A stretch of DNA of 64,000 nucleotides from Candidatus Poribacteria bacterium (GCA_965205025.1 CBDBFU010000007.1:32001-96000), one strand, 5' to 3'; shown: positions 40,715 through 52,196, counted from the first letter of the stretch. Translations and numbers: made by a program. Notes: generated by a model not told the origin, from the sequence alone.

Positions 40715-41897
40715 ATGAACATATCAGAAATACAATCCGCATTATCCGAATTGAAAATTGAAGCATGGCTTCTCTATGACTTCCCGGGGTATCAACCCTA
40801 TATCACAAAATGCAGCTGGTTTAACAGAAAAAAACATTACGCGACGGTGGTACTGTCTTATTACCCCGCAAGACGAACCACACTGGTTAATCCATAAAAT
40901 CGAAACATCAAATTTTACAGACGTGCCGGGAAAAGTCTCTCTATATGCTGGATGGCAAGAACTCAATGAAGAAATGCAATCCCTTCTTAGAGGTGTCAAA
41001 TCTGTTGTGATGGAGTATTCACCAAATGCTGCAATCCCTTACATATCACGTGTAGATGCAGGAACATTGGAATGGGTTCGCAGTCTTGGTGTTGAAATTT
41101 ACTCATCTGCAGAACTTGCACAATATATAGAAGCACGACTGAGTGAAGAACAATTTCTCGGACATCAAAAATCCGCACATTTAGTTCTTCAAGCAAAGGA
41201 TTACGCATTTAAGTGGATTGGGGAGCAACTGAAAGCAGGAAATAATATAACCGAATATGATGTTCAGCAACAGATTATGCACCAGTTTGATGAAATGGAG
41301 TTGGTTACCAACCATCCTCCCATAGTTGCTGTCAATGCCAACAGTGCTGATCCACATTACGCACCTTCCGCTACAATCTCCGAACGAATAGAGGTTAATG
41401 ATTTTATTCTAATTGATCTATGGGCAAAACAGAAAGATCCTGATGCAGTTTTCGCTGATACCACTTGGGTTGCTTATGCGGGAATTACTGTACCTGATAA
41501 GTATGTTAATATTTTTGAAATCGTTCGGGAAGCAAGGGATAGGGCTGTGGCATTTATACAGAAAAAGTGGGAAGCCAACGAACCAATTCCTGGATATACT
41601 GTTGATGATTGTGTTCGAGGTTATATTAGAGAAAAAGGGTATGGAGAATACTTTATTCACAGAACTGGACACAACATAGGAACAGTCATTCATGGGAATG
41701 GAGCGAATTTAGACAACTTGGAAACCCGAGATGAACGGCTTCTTATCCAAGGTTTGTGTTTCTCTATCGAACCCGGTATATACCTGCCCGATTTCGGCGT
41801 CCGGACAGAAATTGACGTCTTCTTAGCTGAACAAGGGAAAGCCGGCGTAAAATTGACAACCGCTCCCGTTCAAAATCAGGTATTGCCTGTGCTGTAA
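40715..41897 (+). CDS. M24 (Xaa-Pro aminopeptidase-like) peptidase, frameshift near 40785
   Basis: ADPHY, LIDLW, ADTT, FIHRTGH, FSIEPGIY, GVRTEID. Confidence 0.88.
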
Positions 41898-42636
41898 CTT
41901 TGTAATTTCGCTTCTTCAAATCTTTCAGGATATGGCTAAAATAGATTCGAACATTAAGTATCCACTGTTCAGCATAAGCCGTTGCTAAAAGCGGTAGTGC
42001 AACAGCTAAGCGTGGCATATTTAGGAGCCACTGTTCAGCATACTCAGCAAAATCTGTTTCTACAAGTCCAGTGCAACCCAAGGTATAAATGACGTATCGT
42101 TTATCATCACGTTGTGCTTCTCGGACATCAAGCGCAGTTTTTAAAGACATCCTTCTATTATTATCAATTTCGAATACCCAGAAAAAGTAGTCTTCATTGT
42201 GTCCAAGATAACCTATCTCAACTTCTAAACGATGTGGTGTATCTGTAAGAATTGGAATCGCTGCAAAATCACGTTTTATTAAGATTGGGTACAATGAGGA
42301 GAAGAATATTTGTTCTAACCCAAGGGGTTGTTCAACATTGTTGAGAATCTCCAGCAAAATCTCTTGATCTTCAAATTTTTGTACTTCTAAGCAACTCTTT
42401 AAAAAAACTTCATCCCGTAGTGCATGGGTTTCAGGTGCTGCATTTTCAGAAAGCGGTTTCAGTTCACGTTTCAACTTCATTATTCGACGGCGTTTTGGTA
42501 AAACACGCCAAGAGATCCAACGCGTCAATGCCTGCCATGTCTCTTTTTCACGGAGCTGCAACACAAAAGCTACAACCAAAGTCGTGATGCGTTGCAGTGT
42601 ACTTTCTGATCCAAGACCTTTCTTTCTGTTTGCCAT
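41764..42636 (-). CDS. Hypothetical protein
   Basis: 290-aa ORF; 3' end overlaps the convergent peptidase gene, so the true stop is uncertain. Confidence 0.5.
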   Translation of the reverse strand: MANRKKGLGSESTLQRITTLVVAFVLQLREKETWQALTRWISWRVLPKRRRIMKLKRELKPLSENAAPETHALRDEVFLKSCLEVQKFEDQEILLEILNNVEQPLGLEQIFFSSLYPILIKRDFAAIPILTDTPHRLEVEIGYLGHNEDYFFWVFEIDNNRRMSLKTALDVREAQRDDKRYVIYTLGCTGLVETDFAEYAEQWLLNMPRLAVALPLLATAYAEQWILNVRIYFSHILKDLKKRNYKVTAQAIPDFERERLSILRRLSLVQLRRRQFLSGRRNRAGIYRVR

Positions 42637-42806
42637 AATTTATTGACTTTTCTTTGATAATATAGTATTATTTAAAGGCTGAAATCTTAGCAATTCAGCA
42701 GAATTTCAGACTTAACTGACGGTGTTCTTGTAGAACAAACAATGTCTTATACAAAACTTTAGCCGTTCTGAAATGTGCTATATGTTATTAAAGTATTCTT
42801 AAAACA

Positions 42807-42891
42807 GCCGGAGTGGTGAAACTGGTAGACGCACTGGATTCAAAATCCAGCGGACCTTAGGTCCATGTCGGTTCGAGTCCGACCTCCGGCA
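42807..42891 (+). tRNA. tRNA-Leu (anticodon CAA)
   Basis: Acceptor GCCGGAG/CTCCGGC-A, anticodon arm CTGGA-TTCAAAA-TCCAG, long variable arm GGACC-TTA-GGTCC, T-loop GGTTCGAGTCC; CCA not encoded. Confidence 0.95.
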
Positions 42892-42894
42892 TCT

Positions 42895-42916
42895 GGCGAT
42901 GGTATGAACCATCGCC
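42895..42916. terminator. Hairpin between the tRNA and the convergent gene
   Basis: GGCGATGGT-ATGA-ACCATCGCC. Confidence 0.6.
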
Positions 42917-42931
42917 TTCTCATTAAAATCC

Positions 42932-43723
42932 TTACATCGCCACTATCTTACGCATCCGTTCGGCAAGATCAATTTGTGCGTCTCTATCCCCACCTACTTC
43001 ATGAATCACATAACCATCATATCCGATAGCACGGAAGGCTTCCATTACTGCTGCCCAATCTGTATCTCCATCTAATAGGTTGGTAAATTGATGTGAACCT
43101 CGAGAAAAATCTTTGAAGTGGACACGCTTAATACGAGAACCAAGTTCACGAATCCAATGTTCAGGATAACCGTATGCCATCATATTAGCCGTATCAAGAT
43201 AAGTACCAACCCAGTCGCTACCCACTTCATCGACAATATCCCGCATTTCCTTTGGACTCAATAAGAATTTGTTCCATACATTTTCTAAACCAATTGCGAC
43301 TTTGTGAGATTCTGCAGCTGGGGCAAGATCTTTTAGATGTCCAACAAGGTTATCCCATACCTCTTGATATGTTCCTTCAACAGATAGTTGCCCTGGATGA
43401 AGTAAAATCCCACCAACACCGAGTGCTCCAGCTACTTCTAAACCACGAGCCAAAGAACGTACACCACTTTGACGGGTTTCAGCATCAAGACTTAACAAAC
43501 TCCCACGATCCTTATAGCCGGCAGTGATACTACTAATCTCAACTCCTGCGTCTGCACATTTTGATGCGATACCTTGCAGTTCATCATCACTCATGTTAAT
43601 GTCCGTGTCCTGATCTTCCCCGAAAGTAAGCTCAACTGCATCATAACCCGCATCTTGGCACAATGAAAGTGTATCGTCTAAGGACATTCCACCGAGTATT
43701 ATTTGGGTAACACCTATTTTCAT
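42932..43723 (-). CDS. Sugar phosphate isomerase/epimerase (xylose isomerase-like TIM barrel)
   Basis: GYDAVEL, GLENVWNKFLLSP, YLDTAN, VHFKD, IHE. Confidence 0.85.
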   Translation of the reverse strand: MKIGVTQIILGGMSLDDTLSLCQDAGYDAVELTFGEDQDTDINMSDDELQGIASKCADAGVEISSITAGYKDRGSLLSLDAETRQSGVRSLARGLEVAGALGVGGILLHPGQLSVEGTYQEVWDNLVGHLKDLAPAAESHKVAIGLENVWNKFLLSPKEMRDIVDEVGSDWVGTYLDTANMMAYGYPEHWIRELGSRIKRVHFKDFSRGSHQFTNLLDGDTDWAAVMEAFRAIGYDGYVIHEVGGDRDAQIDLAERMRKIVAM

Positions 43724-43974
43724 TTTCTCTCTACTTTCTCCTTTTCATTATAGAACTGGTTTGGTGTCAACGACTTTATAGCCAAGTAACGTGTTTCAAG
43801 ACATTGCGGACACCGGAACTCAATATAATAGGTATCGTTAAATACCATATCGATCAATTCAAGAGGATTCTCTTTTTCTTCTCCCAAGAACTGTTTAAGC
43901 ACTTCATACTCACGATCACAATCCGGACACATCTGAAGGTCATGTGCAATATCAATCTTATCTAACCAACCCAT
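43720..43974 (-). CDS. Small putative zinc-binding protein
   Basis: Two CxxC pairs (CPDC, CPQC); ATGA overlap with the downstream gene. Confidence 0.6.
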   Translation of the reverse strand: MGWLDKIDIAHDLQMCPDCDREYEVLKQFLGEEKENPLELIDMVFNDTYYIEFRCPQCLETRYLAIKSLTPNQFYNEKEKVERK

Positions 43975-44105
43975 TATATGTTGTCCTTAAAACAATCATT
44001 CTATTCCAAGGTAACGCGATTTCAAGATTGTTTTATATCCTACTTCTGATTTCTCTTCTGCATCTACAAAGAGAAGTCGTTTCTACTACAAAGGGTATTT
44101 TTCTG

Positions 44106-45422
44106 TTATCCACATTGTACAAGATCAGGGGATATTGAATACTGAGATACTGATTTTACATACCGGGTGGGTAACCGTGCCTTCACATGGACGCCATCCT
44201 CAGCATAATCCGTACCCAACACCGTCCCATGTTTATACAACATATCAAGCTTTTTGCCATCTGTATAAGGAATATTCAGATATAATGTAGCACCACTGGA
44301 ACAAAAACGTTCTGCTAACGAATCCAATAACTCTTCCAGACCGTCTCCACGTTGTGCTGAAATAGGCAACGCATCTGAATAACGACTCTTTAGAATATAT
44401 AATGTATCTTCGTTCTCCAACTGATCAATCTTATTCAATACTACCACCATCGGAATATCAGATGCTTCTAATTCTGTTAATACCGTATCCACGGCAGCGA
44501 TCTGTGCTTCTGCCTCTGGATGGCTTACATCAACAACATGCAACAAGAGATCTGCCTCTGTAACTTCCTCCAAAGTAGCTTTAAAAGCGGCTACAAGTTG
44601 GTGGGGTAATTTCTTGATAAAACCGACTGTATCACTCAGGAGAATATCTTGATTTCCTTCAGGTAGACTGACTCGGCGCGTCGTCGAATCCAATGTAGCA
44701 AACAGTTTGTCTTCCGCTAATACTTTTTCTCCTGTGAGTGTATTGAAAAGTGTTGATTTCCCTGCGTTCGTATAGCCAACAAGAGACACGTTGATTTTAT
44801 CTGAACGATTTTGTCGTTGGACTTGCCTTCGTCTTTCCACTGTTTCTAACGCTTTTTTCACCTGAGAAATCTGCTTTCGGATCCAGCGTCTGTCCATTTC
44901 CAACTGTGTTTCACCCGGTCCACGTAGGGATCCAGCCCCACCGCCTCCACCGCCAGTTGCCATACGGGAAAGGTGTGTCCACATCCGTGTAAGCCGTGGT
45001 AATGCATACTCAAGTTGTGCCAGACTTACTTGTAATCGCGCTTCACTCGTCGATGCACGTTGTGCAAACACTTGTAGAATCAAACCTGTTCTATCAAGTG
45101 TTGCCACATCAATCTCATTTTCAATATTGCGGGTTTGAGCGGGAGACAGTTCATCATCAAAAATAATCACATCGGCTTCGAGTTCCTTTACCACCCCTTT
45201 TAATTCTTCAACCTTACCTTCACCGATGTAATATCTGGGATTCGGTGTATTTCGTGGCTGAATTGTTTCACATACAACTTCAATCCCCGCAGTTTCGGTT
45301 AACTGCTGCAATTCCTGAAGGGATTCCTCAGTTTCATGCATCAAGGTATTTCGCAATTTTACACCTACAAGTATAGCTCGTGAAGGAGGAACTGGAGGTT
45401 GTGTATCATAAAGTTCTTGCAT
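44106..45422 (-). CDS. hflX: GTPase HflX
   Basis: LRGPGETQLEMDRR, VGYTNAGKSTL, LFATLD, SDTVGFI, NKID. Confidence 0.96.
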   Translation of the reverse strand: MQELYDTQPPVPPSRAILVGVKLRNTLMHETEESLQELQQLTETAGIEVVCETIQPRNTPNPRYYIGEGKVEELKGVVKELEADVIIFDDELSPAQTRNIENEIDVATLDRTGLILQVFAQRASTSEARLQVSLAQLEYALPRLTRMWTHLSRMATGGGGGGAGSLRGPGETQLEMDRRWIRKQISQVKKALETVERRRQVQRQNRSDKINVSLVGYTNAGKSTLFNTLTGEKVLAEDKLFATLDSTTRRVSLPEGNQDILLSDTVGFIKKLPHQLVAAFKATLEEVTEADLLLHVVDVSHPEAEAQIAAVDTVLTELEASDIPMVVVLNKIDQLENEDTLYILKSRYSDALPISAQRGDGLEELLDSLAERFCSSGATLYLNIPYTDGKKLDMLYKHGTVLGTDYAEDGVHVKARLPTRYVKSVSQYSISPDLVQCG

Positions 45423-45587
45423 AGTGATCCTTTTGAGAAGATTCTTTAATTGGTATTACGAACCCACATTCTTCTAAGATATAGTTTATCAGATTCCAAG
45501 CTATATTTCAACCTTATCTTCCAGATACTTTTATTTCATCATCTTGACATTTCTCATTATATGACGTATCCTATATCTCAGTTTCTT

Positions 45588-45702
45588 ATGAAGATTAATT
45601 TTTAAATTCGGCAATTTTGAAGAAAGGTCCAGTGCGGTTAGGAAACCGCACCTACCGGGTTTGGGAAAATTAGAATTACCGAAATATTTTCTTAATCTTC
45701 AT
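45588..45702. mobile_element. MITE-like element, family B
   Basis: ATGAAGATTAA...TTAATCTTCAT inverted ends; matches 33121-33235. Confidence 0.72.
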
Positions 45703-45774
45703 TTGAAAAGAATATTTGATATTGCCACAATCTGATTTGAAGTTTAAAAACATAGTATGTTATAATATATCGGA

Positions 45775-46221
45775 GTGTTAATAGGTTCACACTCGGTAAT
45801 CAATGGCATGCAGAATGGAAGGAATACCGAGTTGAAATGGCCTGACTATTATCCAGAGGACTGTCCGCCTGAGGATGCTAAACCCACTTCAGGCATTGTT
45901 TATCGTCTTGTGAAGCAAGATCCTGTTCAGCAGGAGGAATTCATTCCACTAATTATTGAAAATTCCAAGCGGTTTGAGAATAAACCAAACGCACAAATAT
46001 GTATAGGGTGTGGAATTTCTGTATGTAAAGGCATGCAGGACATACTGAAACTACAACGCAGTAGTGGAAAAATGAGAAAAAGACAAATTGCGGAAGGTGA
46101 GTTGAATTCAACGTTAGGTGTAATTAAACATACACCATCACGAAACTATAAGACTCACCATACATGGTGGGTAGATCCTAATGCAAAACCTTGGCACGTA
46201 TTTAAAGTAATAGACGAATAA
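45775..46221 (+). CDS. Hypothetical protein
   Basis: YPEDCPP..VYRLV..CGISV..HHTWW; start codon uncertain. Confidence 0.6.
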   Translation: MLIGSHSVINGMQNGRNTELKWPDYYPEDCPPEDAKPTSGIVYRLVKQDPVQQEEFIPLIIENSKRFENKPNAQICIGCGISVCKGMQDILKLQRSSGKMRKRQIAEGELNSTLGVIKHTPSRNYKTHHTWWVDPNAKPWHVFKVIDE

Positions 46222-46253
46222 AGTGCTGACAATCATTTAAGAAGGATACAAAG

Positions 46254-47432
46254 ATGGTTGATACACTCAATGTCCCAGGTTTAGGTAATTTTGAACTTAT
46301 AGAAACCTACGCATACTATGATGAACCGATTCTTTTCTCCTGCAAAAACGCCGCAGGACATTTATATCTCGTTGTAGCAGCTGATGAAAACGAACAATAT
46401 GAAACATGGCTCTATGCTGCTGTCTCAATTGGACGTCTTAATCTGATTCGTTCAGGAAAAATTGATCTCCATGATGCATTTGCTGATACAGAAGTTGGAA
46501 ATGTTCTTCAAGTAAGATTTCCATACAACGATTCCTTACCTATGATTGATTCCTTACAACGAGATCAGATATCAAAGGATATGCTTCCAGTTGTTGGTGA
46601 GAGACTTGATCTTGATACAGATATTCTCAATATACAAACTGATGGTGGAATAATAGCAAAATCAAGAAGACAAGAAATATTGAACCTATCTCTAAACCTT
46701 TCAGATGGTCTTAAAGCAGAAGCACCAATTAACTTAATTAGTGATATTTTAGAGAGTTTCCAGAACGTAATTTACACAATTGGAATGATAGTTGATAACT
46801 CCAATACAATCACTGAGGAAATAAGAAACAGTATGCAATTTTCATTATTAGAAGTTGGTACTGGTTCATTTGATATTCGACTCGCTTCTAAAAAACAGAC
46901 TCAACTTGAACTGTTCGAAGATTCTAAATGTGGAGATGCGATAGAAACATTTCTTAAACTTCTTAATGCCGAAAGCAATAAAGTTGAACTAAAAAAACAT
47001 CTGTCACAACTGAGAATAGCAAAGAAATATACAAAATTCCTGAAGTCATTTCATGAATCTGTAGTAGATACAAAATTCACATGGAAATCACCAAACCCAA
47101 ATCGTGGCGGAACAGCATATCTAACAAACTCTAAGATTCAAGAAGTAATTCAAATTCTTGAGACCTACCATGATGAAACTCCATCTTGGCACACTGTCAC
47201 CGGAATTTTAATTGGAGCTTCCCTTAAAACAAATAGATTTGAGATAAAGACCAAGGACAAAACTTTTACTGGACATCTTACAGAGGAAGCTTTTGATACC
47301 GTTGAAAACGTTACATTGAGACGGGTATACATCGCTGAAATTGAAGAAGTTACAGAAAGAAGTGAGACCACAAAAGAGCTAACTACCCCAAAATATCTTC
47401 TCCATAGCCTCAGAGATACAATAATTGAATGA
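46254..47432 (+). CDS. Hypothetical protein with DUF6575-like N-terminus
   Basis: ETYAYYDEPILFSCKN..YL..WLY recalled as DUF6575-like; downstream GSFDI motif. Confidence 0.55.
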   Translation: MVDTLNVPGLGNFELIETYAYYDEPILFSCKNAAGHLYLVVAADENEQYETWLYAAVSIGRLNLIRSGKIDLHDAFADTEVGNVLQVRFPYNDSLPMIDSLQRDQISKDMLPVVGERLDLDTDILNIQTDGGIIAKSRRQEILNLSLNLSDGLKAEAPINLISDILESFQNVIYTIGMIVDNSNTITEEIRNSMQFSLLEVGTGSFDIRLASKKQTQLELFEDSKCGDAIETFLKLLNAESNKVELKKHLSQLRIAKKYTKFLKSFHESVVDTKFTWKSPNPNRGGTAYLTNSKIQEVIQILETYHDETPSWHTVTGILIGASLKTNRFEIKTKDKTFTGHLTEEAFDTVENVTLRRVYIAEIEEVTERSETTKELTTPKYLLHSLRDTIIE

Positions 47433-48239
47433 TGGTATGAATAGCATGGGTTTCTTTACATCAAAATCTGTAATCAAGATCAACTTTTAAATTCGGCAAT
47501 ATACGGACAGGTAACCCCGGTCCCTACGATCATTTTGTGAAATGGATTACCGAAATATTTATTTAATCTTTAATTACAGATTTCACATTATATAATACAC
47601 ACTTCAAAACTCTCATTATATTATCGTGTTGTGCAAGTGGACAGTCCAACCTAAGATTGATTATATCAATATATCATGCCACCACCATAAGGTCGCTTCT
47701 CGAGAAGAAACATAGGTAAAATTAGTGTGGTTGGACGTTAGTTAACATAACAATTGACTCTTATCGAATAGTTTATGTATACCATTTAATCCTTCCTACT
47801 GCTTATCCACATACATTAACACCAACAATCTGAGCTAAATCCAATGGTATACTCCTGTTATCAGGACATATAACAGTAAGACTTCCGATTACCAAGATTA
47901 ACTGAGAACTCCAACGTAATAAATGGTAAATCTAAACATAATTGATTGCCATACTGTATTTACCAAAAGAGTGAATTTTTTATCAGTAATCAAAGATGAG
48001 ATAGTGAACAGTTAATATATTCATTGATCATTGGATCAGACAGGGTTATTTCCAGACGGTATAGCAAAGGAATTCTTTCAAGTTATACAACAACGTGGTA
48101 TAGGAAACACTTTGAATAGAATTGGAAGCAATATATTATATACAAATATATGTCATACTTGAGTTGGTTTTTATTTCGTTTTTAAATTACCTTGATATAT
48201 GGCAATCTATCTGCTAAAATGACACAATTCATTTGAAAT

Positions 48240-49112
48240 ATGGAGAGACTTATGATTTTTGGACAAGGAACACATCAGTATAGGGTGCATGAGAATTGGT
48301 GGTCATTGCCGGAAGGCTGGGAATTTGGATGGATTCCTGCAGTTGCTGTTGATTCTCAAGATCGTGTCTATGTTTACAGTCGTAGCGAACATCCAATGGT
48401 AGTATTTGACAGAGATGGTGATTTTTTAACATCATGGGGTGATGATATCCTTAAGGATGCACACGGAATTTATATAGATGAAAACGATCATATCTATTGT
48501 ACTGAACGTGAAACCCATGTAGTACAAAAGTTTACAACAGATGGTGAGTTACTCATGACTTTGGGTACAATGGATGAACCTGGTGCGGAAGGTGAACCAT
48601 TCAATTTACCTACTGATTTTGCGCTCGGACCAGATGGTGAGATGTATGTTAGTGATGGATACGGCAATTCTCGGATACATAAGTATTCCGCTGATGGAGA
48701 GTTGATTAAATCCTGGGGAAAACCCGGTTCAGGTCCAGGAGAGTTTGACTTACCCCATTGTGTTAGAGTTGATCCTCGCAATCGTCTTATGGTTGCTGAT
48801 CGTGAAAATAATCGTATACAGTTTTTTACATTGGATGGTGAATATATAGAGGAATGGGTTGATCTATTGCAACCTGATACGATATATATTGATGAAGATG
48901 ATTTAGTATATATAGCTGAACTTGGTCAACGTATCTCAATTATGACTCTGGATGGTGAGGTTATTTCGAGATGGGGAAGTGAACGTGGTAGTGAAGTTCC
49001 CGGCGAATTTATGGCATGTCCCCACGGCATTTGGTTAGATTCCCATGGTGATATATATGTGGGTGAAGTACAAGCCGATGCAAGATTACAAAAATACATA
49101 CGGCAAAGTTAA
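48240..49112 (+). CDS. NHL-repeat beta-propeller (peptidylamidoglycolate lyase-like)
   Basis: VAVDSQDRVYV, FNLPTD, YVSDGYGNSRI, FDLPH, VADRENNRIQ. Confidence 0.85.
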   Translation: MERLMIFGQGTHQYRVHENWWSLPEGWEFGWIPAVAVDSQDRVYVYSRSEHPMVVFDRDGDFLTSWGDDILKDAHGIYIDENDHIYCTERETHVVQKFTTDGELLMTLGTMDEPGAEGEPFNLPTDFALGPDGEMYVSDGYGNSRIHKYSADGELIKSWGKPGSGPGEFDLPHCVRVDPRNRLMVADRENNRIQFFTLDGEYIEEWVDLLQPDTIYIDEDDLVYIAELGQRISIMTLDGEVISRWGSERGSEVPGEFMACPHGIWLDSHGDIYVGEVQADARLQKYIRQS

Positions 49113-49210
49113 TGACATTTTCTATACATATCCTATGTTCACCTTATCATAAGATAATCCAAATTCATTCAGTCTCAACAATTATATTTAAATAGTTTTA
49201 AGGTGAAGAG

Positions 49211-50626
49211 ATGGCAGAAAACCTATCTTTTTTTCAGAAAGTCAATGAGAATTTTGACTATGCTGCCCAATTCACAGATCATCCTGCCGGACTCTTGGAT
49301 CAGATCAAAATATGTAACAGTTCTTGTCATTTCACCTTTCCCATCAAACGTGACAATGGAGATATTGAGACCTTACACGGATGGCGTGCTGAACATAGTC
49401 ACCATAAATTACCGACAAAAGGGGGAATTCGCTATAGTACTCTTGTAAATGAAGATGAAATCATGGCACTTGCCGCTTTAATGACCTATAAATGTGCCCT
49501 TGTAGACCTACCATTTGGTGGTGCGAAAGGGGGTATACAACTCGATAGAAACGAGTATTCAGACAGTGAATTGGAACGAATCACCCGTCGTTATACCTAC
49601 GAATTGATTCAGAAGAACTATATAGGTCCAGGGGTAGATGTTCCAGCCCCAGACTTCGGAACAAGTGAAGACGAAATGGCGTGGATATTTGATACATATA
49701 TCACAATGTCCCCTGATAAACTGGATGCTATGGCATGTGTTACAGGGAAACCTATAGATCAAAATGGAATTGAAGGTAGAAAAGAAGCTACTGGTCGTGG
49801 TGTTGTTTTCGGATTGGAAGAGGTATGCAACTATGCTGAAGATCTGAAACAGATCGGTTTGGAACCAGGTATACAAGGAAAGACTGTAGCAATTCAAGGT
49901 TTTGGAAATGTAGGTTACCATGCAGCGAAATTTCTGTTTGAAAAGGATGCGGTCGTTGTCGGAATTTCCGAAATTGATGGAGTTGTCTATAACCCAAAAG
50001 GCATTGATATTGAGAAACTCTCTGATTACCGCTCAGAAAATGGCACTATCTGTAACTTTCCAGACGCAATATATATTGAGAATCCAGACGAATGTTTAGA
50101 ATTAGAATGTGATATATTAATCCCTGCAGCCTTAGAAAATCAGATAACCGAAGAGAATGCCTCCCGTATTAAGGCGCGTATCATTGGAGAAGCAGCAAAT
50201 GGACCAACAACCTTTAAAGCCCATACCATTCTAAAAGAAAAGGGAGCATTAATCATCCCAGATACCTATCTAAACGCTGGAGGTGTAACAGTATCCTATT
50301 TCGAATGGCTCAGAAATCTTTCTCATGTCCGATTCGGCAGAATTGGTAAACGTTTTGAAGAGGGGACATACAATGCTATGTTACGTGCTGTTGAAAATGC
50401 AACAGGCTATCAATTTTCCGATAACGAAAGGAAGTCAGTACACGGAGCAGATGAAACAGATTTAGTGAATTCTGGACTTCAAGATACTATGATAAATGCA
50501 TATCAAGAGATACGAGAAATCCGGTTACAATATGGAATACCTGAAGTTGACTGTAGAGCAGCAGCTTTTATCAATGCTATTGACAAAATTGCTCATTCCT
50601 ACTTGCAGTTAGGTATATTTCCATAG
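49211..50626 (+). CDS. gdhA: Glu/Leu/Phe/Val dehydrogenase (glutamate dehydrogenase)
   Basis: [47 protein letters not shown]. Confidence 0.92.
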   Translation: MAENLSFFQKVNENFDYAAQFTDHPAGLLDQIKICNSSCHFTFPIKRDNGDIETLHGWRAEHSHHKLPTKGGIRYSTLVNEDEIMALAALMTYKCALVDLPFGGAKGGIQLDRNEYSDSELERITRRYTYELIQKNYIGPGVDVPAPDFGTSEDEMAWIFDTYITMSPDKLDAMACVTGKPIDQNGIEGRKEATGRGVVFGLEEVCNYAEDLKQIGLEPGIQGKTVAIQGFGNVGYHAAKFLFEKDAVVVGISEIDGVVYNPKGIDIEKLSDYRSENGTICNFPDAIYIENPDECLELECDILIPAALENQITEENASRIKARIIGEAANGPTTFKAHTILKEKGALIIPDTYLNAGGVTVSYFEWLRNLSHVRFGRIGKRFEEGTYNAMLRAVENATGYQFSDNERKSVHGADETDLVNSGLQDTMINAYQEIREIRLQYGIPEVDCRAAAFINAIDKIAHSYLQLGIFP

Positions 50627-50811
50627 GTGTGATTATCTTAAAAACAGTCAATTTCTATCAACATTATTAGTCAATCTATTTTGAATTTTAGAAATACTCA
50701 ATACTCCGTTGAACCTATTTTGCAAATCCACTCTATGCAGATACAGTTCCCTAATCGTACCGTTTGACAAACTCACTGTCACATTCAATAATATAATAGA
50801 AGAGAGGTAGA

Positions 50812-51561
50812 ATGATTGCTTTAAGTGTCAATGTAAATAAGGTGGCTACATTGCGTAATTCAAGAGGTGGTGATATACCAAAAGTCTTAACTGCCGTGGA
50901 CACCTGTATTGAAGCAGGGGCACAAGGTATCACTGTACACCCTCGCGAGGACCAAAGACACATTACACCAACTGATGTGTATGAAATCGCACATCACCTA
51001 AAAGAGATAAATGACCAAAATGGTAGAAATATAGAATATAATATTGAAGGAGATCCGCGTGCGGAACTGATTGATATGGTTCTGGATGTTAAACCGACCC
51101 AGTGTACCCTCGTGCCAGTTGTCAGTGGTGAAATAACAAGTCACACGGTTTGGGATATAAAGAAAGATGGTGAGATGTTAAAACCTATAATATCATCACT
51201 AAAGAGTGCTGGAATTAGAGTCAGTTTGTTTAGTGGAACCGATTTTGATCAAATATCAAGATCATTAGACATCGGGGCGGATAGAATTGAACTATATACA
51301 GCACCTTATGCTGAAGCACAGACAGAAATGCATATCTCCCGTGAATTTGTCTTCTTAAGGAACGCATCCGAAAAGGCACTCAACATAGGTCTCGGTGTCA
51401 ATGCGGGGCATGATCTTAATCTTGATAATCTTCCCCGACTGCAGCAATTACCTTGTTTACAAGAAGTTTCTATTGGACATCATTTGATGGCAGACGCTCT
51501 CTATATTGGGATGGAAGCAGCTGTAAAAGCTTATCGTTTAGCGTTAGGACAGGAGATATAA
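50812..51561 (+). CDS. pdxJ: Pyridoxine 5'-phosphate synthase
   Basis: LSVNVNKVATLRNSR, GITVHPREDQRHI, IELYT, NAGHDL, EVSIGH. Confidence 0.95.
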   Translation: MIALSVNVNKVATLRNSRGGDIPKVLTAVDTCIEAGAQGITVHPREDQRHITPTDVYEIAHHLKEINDQNGRNIEYNIEGDPRAELIDMVLDVKPTQCTLVPVVSGEITSHTVWDIKKDGEMLKPIISSLKSAGIRVSLFSGTDFDQISRSLDIGADRIELYTAPYAEAQTEMHISREFVFLRNASEKALNIGLGVNAGHDLNLDNLPRLQQLPCLQEVSIGHHLMADALYIGMEAAVKAYRLALGQEI

Positions 51562-52196
51562 TGAAAAAGACATGTGCAATTTTCGATCTTGATGGTACAC
51601 TCATACGGAAATCTTCAGAGAAAGTCTTTCTAAACTATTTGCTAAATCAAGGAGAAATTCCACTACCAAATCTCCTTGCTTGGGTTTCACATCTCTTTAA
51701 AGTAAGATCTTATACAAAAGCAAAATCCTGCAGAGTGCATCTACGAGGTTTAGATGAACACCGTCTTTCTAAATTGGCTCAAGATTGCTTTGTAAATTCA
51801 CTACGAGGTAGTATAACCCCTCACATATCATCCCTCATAGATACTCATCGTAATGAAGGACGAACAGTAATCCTTATGTCAGGTTCATTGTGGTTTATAG
51901 TTGAGCTATTTCATGAACATTTTCAGACTGACATTATGGTTGCGCACAAGCTTGAAGTATCAGAAGGAAAATTCACTGGTAACCGAGTTGGTCTACATCC
52001 TTATGCTGAAAACAAAGCAGCACTTGCTCAAGAGCTTGCTTCCGTCCATGGATTTGATCTAAGTTCCTCATACGCTTACGGTAATCATCATTCTGATGTA
52101 CATAAATTGGAATTATTCGGCAATCCAGTTGCAGTGAATCCGGATAGGGAACTTCGAAGAATAGCAACTGAAAGAAATTGGCAGATTGAATCGTAG
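51561..52196 (+). CDS. HAD-IB family hydrolase
   Basis: AIFDLDGTL, SYAYGNHHSD, PVAVNPD; start ATG 51561 after AGGAG. Confidence 0.85.
   Translation: MKKTCAIFDLDGTLIRKSSEKVFLNYLLNQGEIPLPNLLAWVSHLFKVRSYTKAKSCRVHLRGLDEHRLSKLAQDCFVNSLRGSITPHISSLIDTHRNEGRTVILMSGSLWFIVELFHEHFQTDIMVAHKLEVSEGKFTGNRVGLHPYAENKAALAQELASVHGFDLSSSYAYGNHHSDVHKLELFGNPVAVNPDRELRRIATERNWQIES

Noticed and set aside
42807-42891. tRNA-Sec (selC), given the long variable arm and nearby selenoproteins
   Set aside because: The 7-nt loop TTCAAAA centres on CAA and the acceptor stem is a standard 7 bp, so this is tRNA-Leu.
47433-48239. About 800 bp without a long ORF, possible ncRNA
   Set aside because: Apart from a degenerate family-B repeat at its start I found no convincing structure, repeat or gene remnant.
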